In this document: piece by piece, positions 15,915 to 21,668 of the stretch
How the letters are laid out: every line of letters starts with the position of its first letter
How positions within the stretch are numbered: position 1 is the first letter of the stretch
Virus record (IMG/VR): IMGVR_UViG_3300005683_000050
Location: 1 to 21,668 of that record
Reading direction: 5' to 3' (one strand)
From: a virus
Taxonomy: Duplodnaviria > Heunggongvirae > Uroviricota > Caudoviricetes
Length of the DNA stretch: 21,668 bases
The notes under the pieces: generated by a model
What the model saw: only the letters and a program-made list of their open reading frames with translations
What the model was told of the DNA's origin: nothing
The model's database searches: none
Translations under genes and position numbers: made by a program

Positions 15915-17220
15915 CCCTAACGAACATTACCGCATCTTCTAATGTGGAAACCTTACCATCCAACTGTGCCTCAAAAACTGCATCCAAAATCGGTCTAAAC
16001 TTCGGTGAAGGCGTCATTCCGAAAATGGAAATCAAGTGCCTACCCAGAAAGATAGGTGAGGGACGACCATCAGAAACATCAATCTGATTCGCTATCCTCA
16101 GCATGTTCGCAACATCGCTCGGCTGTCCTTGCGGCAGAGGCGGACGACCACTAGAATCACACTCCATGAATAGAGCAAGCTCATTTAAGGTAGAGGGCGA
16201 AACGGAAACTGATAGACGCCTAACTGCCGCCGTTGTTTCTATGTTGCGTCGCATGTGACATCGAATCAAGGCAACGATTCTTTCTGAAAGGGCGTTCGGA
16301 AACCCAAGACGCGCGAGCAGACCAGTAGCAATATCAGCTCCAACATGCTCGTGTCCCATCGAAGCTACGTCTCCATTTTCAAACACGATAGTTGTCTCTG
16401 GCTTTCCAATATCGTGTAATAGGGCAGCCATCCCTATCACAACCGAGTCTTCGTAACTCATGTTTAAGTCAAACGCACGCTGACTCGCGTAATCCATGAC
16501 ATGCAATGTGTGAGAAAAGACATCTCCCTCTGGGTGATATTCTGCGGATTGTGGACACCCAACCATTGCCATAATTTCTGGAGGCAATGCGCCAACGCGC
16601 ATCAGCATACCCATTCCCAGACTCGGCTTGCGACTCGTTACAATTTTTGAGAACTCGGTATACAATCTGTGAGCGTTGTTCGGATTATTGAATGCAAACA
16701 TAAATTTCTCAATAATTGCAGAGAAATAATCTTCGCCAATCAACGTCATGCCATATTTTGACATAAACCGCGCAGCTCTCAGAATACGCAACGGGTCTGA
16801 CGCGAACGCAGAGCTAATCACTCTCAAATTCATGCTGTAAATATCTTCGAGTCCGCCAACTATGTCAGTGATTTCTCCGTCAATGAAAGAGTAGTACAAA
16901 GCATTTACGGTAAAGTCTCTATTGCGCGCATCTTCGCTCAAATCTCTAAACACAGAGAATTGAAAGACATCTTCGCCATCGTGTACTTCAAAAACGTTCT
17001 TTCCGTTGGATTTTAGAGAAATATCAATTACGCGCGCTCCCAAGATATAGCGCACAGAGGCAACCCTGTCGTCTCCTCCACCAACAACCACAACGTCATA
17101 GTCGTTGACAGGATAGCCCAGAACGTAGTCTCGTACAGCTCCACCAGTGATATAACAGGAATATCCCTCACGAGTGAGAGTCCTGAAAATGCTCAATAGA
17201 TTCAAAGGAATGTTCATCAT
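15898..17220 (-). CDS. cca: CCA-adding tRNA nucleotidyltransferase with HD domain
   Basis: GGAVRD...DYD, EDARNRDFTVNAL, DPLRILRAARF, YHPEGDVFSHT and LLHDIGKP motifs. Confidence 0.88.
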   Translation of the reverse strand: MMNIPLNLLSIFRTLTREGYSCYITGGAVRDYVLGYPVNDYDVVVVGGGDDRVASVRYILGARVIDISLKSNGKNVFEVHDGEDVFQFSVFRDLSEDARNRDFTVNALYYSFIDGEITDIVGGLEDIYSMNLRVISSAFASDPLRILRAARFMSKYGMTLIGEDYFSAIIEKFMFAFNNPNNAHRLYTEFSKIVTSRKPSLGMGMLMRVGALPPEIMAMVGCPQSAEYHPEGDVFSHTLHVMDYASQRAFDLNMSYEDSVVIGMAALLHDIGKPETTIVFENGDVASMGHEHVGADIATGLLARLGFPNALSERIVALIRCHMRRNIETTAAVRRLSVSVSPSTLNELALFMECDSSGRPPLPQGQPSDVANMLRIANQIDVSDGRPSPIFLGRHLISIFGMTPSPKFRPILDAVFEAQLDGKVSTLEDAVMFVRDSGLA

Positions 17221-17226
17221 GCCCTA

Positions 17227-17255
17227 ATTATATAACATTGAAAATGATTTGTCAA
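17227..17255 (-). promoter_or_regulatory. sigma70-type promoter, leaderless, for the CCA-adding enzyme
   Basis: TTGACA-17-TATAAT, 6 nt, then ATG. Confidence 0.88.
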
Positions 17256-17297
17256 TACCTATCTATTTATCCCACATTTACAACGCTTACATTCCGA

Positions 17298-17363
17298 GAT
17301 AACGCGATTATCGCGTTAACGCGATAATCGCGCGAACGATAACGCGAACTTCGCGTTATCGCG
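17298..17363. repeat. nested CGCG-rich palindrome cluster
   Basis: Perfect 30-bp palindrome cgcgattatcgcgtt|aacgcgataatcgcg (17303-17332) and cgataacgcgaa-c-ttcgcgttatcg (17337-17361); recurring unit TAACGCGA. Confidence 0.92.
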
Positions 17364-17484
17364 CCACTTTACATAATGATACTTTTTGGAATTACCCACT
17401 GAGTCGAGTTTTTCGTGCAGAAATCGGGGTATATCCCCCACATTGACTCTAAATATGTATAGTTTTAGGAGATATGCCCCACAA

Positions 17485-17535
17485 GGAAACCTGGGGCATC
17501 TTAATATATATAATATATATCAACGCTACGCGTTG
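17485..17535. repeat. 51-bp exact direct repeat, copy 2
   Basis: Identical to 1-51; contains an AT-only run and the caacgc-tac-gcgttg hairpin. Confidence 0.97.
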
Positions 17536-18161
17536 CTGTTCTTTTCACCGATAAGGGATTTTAGGGGAGCGAGCTTATTACGCTGAATGACGCCATAGAC
17601 TTTTGCGGTCATCTTTTCGTACCACTTTACGTAAGGTGCTGGGGTGACGTATTCTGGCGAATGCGTCCTGAATGCCTTACTTCCGCTTGTAACCTGCCAC
17701 AGCTCATATGGCAGAGGGTATCGGCTGTTTGGTTTTGCCGCAATGTGTTCGTCCACAAGGCAGTTCATTTCTGCGATAGCGTCCAAGTATTTCTGGCGCA
17801 CTGCCTGAATTTTCTCTTGGGCAGCAAGCATTTCGGCGGCTTTTTTGTCGGCGCGAATTTTGTCCATCATTCTTTTAAGGTCTTCGCGCATCCATTCTGC
17901 CATCGCGGGACTGACCTGTGCATAGTTTTCGATACACACGCTACCGAGAATTTTGCGTTCGCCCTTTCGCTCTACGACAAACTCAAATCGAATTTCGTGT
18001 CCGCAAACACACTCTCCAGTCGGAGCTCCCAAATCGTTACACTCGCCACTATAAATCCATTCTTGCGGATTTGGCTGCAATGCTTCAATGAGCTTTTCCA
18101 TCTGTGTAAGAGTGCGATTTGCCTTGTTTACATACGCTTGGTTACGTGAAATGACTGTCAT
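17526..18161 (-). CDS. hypothetical protein with putative Zn-binding motif and coiled coil
   Basis: CVCGH...GSVC; strong SD TAAGGAGG; own promoter. Confidence 0.8.
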   Translation of the reverse strand: MTVISRNQAYVNKANRTLTQMEKLIEALQPNPQEWIYSGECNDLGAPTGECVCGHEIRFEFVVERKGERKILGSVCIENYAQVSPAMAEWMREDLKRMMDKIRADKKAAEMLAAQEKIQAVRQKYLDAIAEMNCLVDEHIAAKPNSRYPLPYELWQVTSGSKAFRTHSPEYVTPAPYVKWYEKMTAKVYGVIQRNKLAPLKSLIGEKNSNA

Positions 18162-18178
18162 ACGTCCTCCTTACCGTT

Positions 18179-18207
18179 AATATATCACGAGAAATTATAT
18201 TTGTCAA
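18179..18207 (-). promoter_or_regulatory. sigma70-type promoter (leftward of a divergent pair)
   Basis: TTGACA-17-TGa-TATATT. Confidence 0.75.
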
Positions 18208-18243
18208 TAGCCACTGTCTACACAGACAATTTTTTGTCAAGAC

Positions 18244-18272
18244 TTGATTTATATGGACATATGTGGTATACT
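18244..18272 (+). promoter_or_regulatory. sigma70-type promoter (rightward of a divergent pair)
   Basis: TTGATT-17-TGg-TATACT. Confidence 0.7.
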
Positions 18273-18300
18273 TTGCAAAGTGTGAGATAAAGGAGTGATT

Positions 18301-18741
18301 ATGGTAGACGCTTTGGATGAGCATATTAAGATTTTTGAAGATGCGATTGAGATATTAAAGCGAAAGCGTATTGACTACAGTGGAGCGGCAGACCCGTTTG
18401 GAAATTTCCGCAAAGCAGAGATTTTTCATGTAGAATCTTGGAGAGGGGCTGGAATACGCCTTTCGGATAAAATTTCTAGGTTTGTTAGTCTTGCCGAAAA
18501 TGATGGCAAGGGTAAGGTAACAGACGAATCTATGCGCGATACTGTAATTGATGGAGTAAATTACTTTGTGCTGATGTATCAGTTGTATATGGAGCGGTAT
18601 CGCGACGTGGAATACAGGAGTGAACATGTCTCGCTCACGCCACAAAATACCAGTAACACGTCTCGGCGGAAGGTCGAACAAGTGGTGGAAAAGAAACGCA
18701 AATCGAAAAATGCGACGACGCGTAAGGATGGGGCAATTTGA
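18301..18741 (+). CDS. DUF1599-like (nucleotide-modification-associated, all-helical NTP-pyrophosphatase-like) protein
   Basis: K..DYSG..DPFGNF, IRLSDKISR and ES.RDT.ID..NY motifs; SD AAGGAG. Confidence 0.7.
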   Translation: MVDALDEHIKIFEDAIEILKRKRIDYSGAADPFGNFRKAEIFHVESWRGAGIRLSDKISRFVSLAENDGKGKVTDESMRDTVIDGVNYFVLMYQLYMERYRDVEYRSEHVSLTPQNTSNTSRRKVEQVVEKKRKSKNATTRKDGAI

Positions 18742-18853
18742 GACTCGATTGCGAGATGTTTCTGATGTTTACGATTTTCCGTCTGACGGACTTGCTGGAT
18801 ATTGGGAAATTTATCAGGGCAGAAAACCACCAGCAAAGGCATGGAGAAAATGA
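18626..18853 (+). CDS. small basic protein overlapping the upstream gene in another frame
   Basis: SD AGGAG at 18616-18620; begins MSRSRHKIP...KRNANRKMRRR; its stop is ATGA-coupled to the next gene. Confidence 0.65.
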   Translation: MSRSRHKIPVTRLGGRSNKWWKRNANRKMRRRVRMGQFETRLRDVSDVYDFPSDGLAGYWEIYQGRKPPAKAWRK

Positions 18854-19221
18854 AAAAATCAGATAAATTAAAGATAGACCGAATCATTGCAAAAATTCAA
18901 AAAGATTTCAGGCAATTTGGATGGGAATACACTTGGGGGATTGACCCAAAAGTAGAAATCGAAGCTGACATCAAAATAGACTTTACCAGAAAGAAAGCTC
19001 ACATCTCATTGAAACCGCCACTGCCGCCACGCAAAAAACTAATTCGCATCATTGCACACGAAATGATGCACACTGTCATTGAACCAATCTGGCGCGGCAT
19101 GTCTGACTGGGCATGGATTAATATGCGCCCCAAGACATACGAAACATTTGCTGAATCAGTTAACACTCGCGAGAATGAAGTCATAGAAGCGTTGCTAGAC
19201 ATAATGGGATATGATTATTAA
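18850..19221 (+). CDS. HExxH zinc metallopeptidase-like protein
   Basis: IIAHEMMH plus a downstream Glu (NE..E). Confidence 0.65.
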   Translation: MKKSDKLKIDRIIAKIQKDFRQFGWEYTWGIDPKVEIEADIKIDFTRKKAHISLKPPLPPRKKLIRIIAHEMMHTVIEPIWRGMSDWAWINMRPKTYETFAESVNTRENEVIEALLDIMGYDY

Positions 19222-20407
19222 AGATAATGCCATTGACGGAATTCGCAAATTAAAGCATCTCGGAAAATTCGTACACTCTGGTGTTGTGTCTCCGCCATAT
19301 CTTTGGAAACAAGATTATGGAATTGGAGACTATGTTTGGGAAGTACGCGGTCATCCCCCTTGTGAACACGAATTCAGTGGCAGAGTTTCTGTCGGACATA
19401 ATCTATGGGGAGTGTCCTTTAGGCGCAGCCAAATGTGGAGAAACGCACAAATCTGTTCTTTGTGCGGAGCGTGGAAAGGACAGTTAGGGCAAGAGCCGAT
19501 TCCAGAAATGTATATCGCTCATTTGGACAATGTGTTTTACGAATTCTACGATATACTGCGTGACGACGGGACACTATGGGTTGTCATCGGAGATACTGCG
19601 ATTAGCGCAAAGTCGCGTTACTCGACAAAAAACGATACGATTCTCGGAGGGGGTCGCCACGACGCAAAGTTGGGTGCAATGCAAGACGGAATGAAGCCAG
19701 ACCTAGTTGGACAGTCCTATTTTTCTGACGGGGCAATGGCGCAAATTCCAGCAATGCTTGCAGACAGAATGCAAAGGGGTAAGTGGACACTACGTAGCCA
19801 TATTGTATGGTACAAGAGAGTGCATAAGCCAGAGTCTGTTGTGGGATGGCAATGGGACAGACACGCTGTTAACAATATCCCGTGTGATGGATGCTCCAAG
19901 TGCGACAATGGATTTATCCTCAAAAGAAATAATGGTAGGCCTACAATTGCAACAGAATCCATCTTAATGTTCAGCAAGAAGAATTCAAGATATTTCTTCG
20001 ACACCGATGCTGTAAGAGAAAAGAATGTGTCGAAAGACAAGAATAATAATCCATTTGGGAAGAACGTCAGGAATGTGTGGGAGATTGCACCGTCCCATCA
20101 TCGAAAGCATTACGCTACGTTTCCAGAGGAACTAGCAAGGAGATGTATTCTAGCATCAACCTCTCCTGCTGTTTGTTCCAATTGCGGGACTCCATACGCG
20201 CGCATCAGAGAATTAGACAAATCCACTGTGGGATGGAGGGCATGTTGTGATTGCGTCGGATTTACAACATCCAAGTCTGTCGTGGCTGATTTCTTTGGCG
20301 GCAGTGGCACAACCCCATTTGTGGCTAGGAAAAACAATAGAGAATATCTGTATATAGAGCCAAGCGAATTGTTTGTCAATATAATGCAGGACAGGATGAA
20401 TAGATGA
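19211..20407 (+). CDS. N4-C/N6-A DNA methyltransferase (beta class) with Cys-rich insertions
   Basis: SPPY, HYATFPEEL and DFFGGSGTT motifs; CxH/CxxC, CxxCxxC and CxxC...CCxC inserts. Confidence 0.88.
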   Translation: MIIKDNAIDGIRKLKHLGKFVHSGVVSPPYLWKQDYGIGDYVWEVRGHPPCEHEFSGRVSVGHNLWGVSFRRSQMWRNAQICSLCGAWKGQLGQEPIPEMYIAHLDNVFYEFYDILRDDGTLWVVIGDTAISAKSRYSTKNDTILGGGRHDAKLGAMQDGMKPDLVGQSYFSDGAMAQIPAMLADRMQRGKWTLRSHIVWYKRVHKPESVVGWQWDRHAVNNIPCDGCSKCDNGFILKRNNGRPTIATESILMFSKKNSRYFFDTDAVREKNVSKDKNNNPFGKNVRNVWEIAPSHHRKHYATFPEELARRCILASTSPAVCSNCGTPYARIRELDKSTVGWRACCDCVGFTTSKSVVADFFGGSGTTPFVARKNNREYLYIEPSELFVNIMQDRMNR

Positions 20408-21180
20408 AAACAGTTGTAGTGTCTGATATACACGCGAATAGCACAACAGCTCTTTGCCCGCCAAGTGTGTTGATGGAAGATGGTGGAACATATAAGCATA
20501 ATCAGGCGCAGAGAATGCTTTGGGATTATTGGATGAAGTTTTGCAGCACAGTCCCACTCGGCTCTCTGGTTATTGTAAATGGAGACCTTGTGCATGGCGC
20601 GAACGCTCGAAAAGATTCACAAATTATTACGCCGAACAAGGCAATAATGAGAGAGATTGCCAGACGATGTATTGAGCCATTAGCAAAGCGCGCTGGTGAA
20701 ATTTACTTCGTGCGTGGCACTGAGTGGCACGAGTCCACTGGGGCAGAGGACTTAGAGTCTGTTGCGGCATCGTTCAGAAATACTGTTCGCATTGGAGGAC
20801 AGTCATCGAACTGGGAATTGTGGATGAATATATATAATAAGTCGTTCCATTTTGCTCACCATATCGGAATGGGCAATGGTTCTGCCGACAAAGAACATCG
20901 CAACGCGGTCAATTCTTTTATAAACAAAAATCAACCGCTTCCAGATTTTATGGTTCGTTCGCACAGGCATTTTTATCAACCATACTATGATAACGGCAGA
21001 TGGTTGATTGTTACACCAGCTTGGCAACTGAAAACCGCGTTTACCGTAAAAGTAAATCCAATGTCTATTGCAGACATTGGTGGTATAATTTTCGATGAGA
21101 CCAAAGGAGATGTGTCATGGCGTCCCGTGTTGTTTCAAACACCAAAACCGCAAATCGTATTCCCACACATGAAGAAATAA
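20404..21180 (+). CDS. calcineurin-like metallophosphoesterase
   Basis: SDIH, NGDLVHG, RGTEWHE, AHH and SHRH motifs. Confidence 0.82.
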   Translation: MKTVVVSDIHANSTTALCPPSVLMEDGGTYKHNQAQRMLWDYWMKFCSTVPLGSLVIVNGDLVHGANARKDSQIITPNKAIMREIARRCIEPLAKRAGEIYFVRGTEWHESTGAEDLESVAASFRNTVRIGGQSSNWELWMNIYNKSFHFAHHIGMGNGSADKEHRNAVNSFINKNQPLPDFMVRSHRHFYQPYYDNGRWLIVTPAWQLKTAFTVKVNPMSIADIGGIIFDETKGDVSWRPVLFQTPKPQIVFPHMKK

Positions 21181-21398
21181 TGAAAATCTTTCAATCTCCG
21201 CGAGAGGTTGACGGATTTACTATGCGAGACATTGCGCTTTCAGTCGGCAAATCTGACAAGTGGGTTAGGGAAAAGATTATTCGTAGGGGCATAGAGGATG
21301 GCACTATTATTCTCAGTGGTTTCAGGAATCAAAAAAGGATTGACGGACAAAGTTATCCATGTCCTGTGTACAAATTAGTTACGAAAGGAAAGACGTAA
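21180..21398 (+). CDS. small HTH/winged-helix-like protein
   Basis: FTMRDIALSVGKSDKWVREKI; TAATG coupling. Confidence 0.55.
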   Translation: MKIFQSPREVDGFTMRDIALSVGKSDKWVREKIIRRGIEDGTIILSGFRNQKRIDGQSYPCPVYKLVTKGKT

Positions 21399-21399
21399 T

Positions 21400-21668
21400 A
21401 TGGATTTACAAAAACTGTTGGATGGATTGCACAAGGTGGTCGGAGACCCAGGCGATAAGAGAACGTCGTTTGTGTATTTTGGCATATCTCTGGTTGCTGC
21501 CGCTATCTATCTTTATCTTACTCAAGGATTCGTTTTCGACACCAGTTCCCCAGAGGTGTTTTCTGGACAGTTAGTGACAACCGCCCTAGCGGTCTTGGGA
21601 CTTGGAACGTTTGTGTATAATCTCTTGCGCGGAAAACCAAAACAAGTAGAACCAGAAGGTGAAGTTAC
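21400..21668 (+). CDS. two-TM membrane protein, holin-like (runs off the window end)
   Basis: Manual translation MDLQKLLDGLHKVVGDPGDKRTSFVYFGISLVAAAIYLYL...TTALAVLGLGTFVYNLLRGKPKQ; open to the window end. Confidence 0.55.
   Translation, partial: MDLQKLLDGLHKVVGDPGDKRTSFVYFGISLVAAAIYLYLTQGFVFDTSSPEVFSGQLVTTALAVLGLGTFVYNLLRGKPKQVEPEGEV

Noticed and set aside
7444-20595. Numerous antisense or alternate-frame ORFs (e.g. 7444-7851, 8540-9118, 14439-14858, 17661-18149, 20110-20595)
   Set aside because: They shadow well-supported genes and have no motifs, SDs or promoters
1-21668. CRISPR array or tandem TIGR array
   Set aside because: No regularly spaced tandem repeat series was found; only two isolated guide-like units
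1-21668. Stop-codon reassignment
   Set aside because: Recognisable genes are intact in the standard code, and TAA, TAG and TGA all end genes at sensible positions

Overview
This window looks like the accessory region of a dsDNA bacteriophage or prophage. It has tightly packed short genes with ATGA-type overlaps, many near-consensus sigma70 promoters (several apparently leaderless), and no virion structural genes. Recognisable genes are tRNA-Cys(GCA), an HNH nuclease, a HAD phosphatase, a pol-beta-type nucleotidyltransferase, RusA, a radical SAM enzyme, three DNA methyltransferases (one with a LAGLIDADG intein), a WGR-PARP, an Rnl1-type RNA ligase, a CCA-adding/HD enzyme, a DUF1599-like protein, an HExxH protein, a metallophosphoesterase and a truncated holin-like gene. 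Four things stand out. (1) A nuclease-less IS110/Nop-fold protein (TasA-like, 7374-8186) occurs with dispersed stand-alone guide-like units at 6605-6640 (36 nt) and 3680-3713 (34 nt) instead of a tandem TIGR array. (2) A promoter-bounded operon holds three proteins with an identical N-terminal FETNSSSTH motif next to a radical SAM enzyme. (3) An unassigned ~290-nt structured ncRNA has its own promoter and terminator. (4) A palindrome-rich, origin-like locus contains a 51-bp segment that is exactly duplicated at the window start. All family calls come from reading motifs by eye; no database searches were run.
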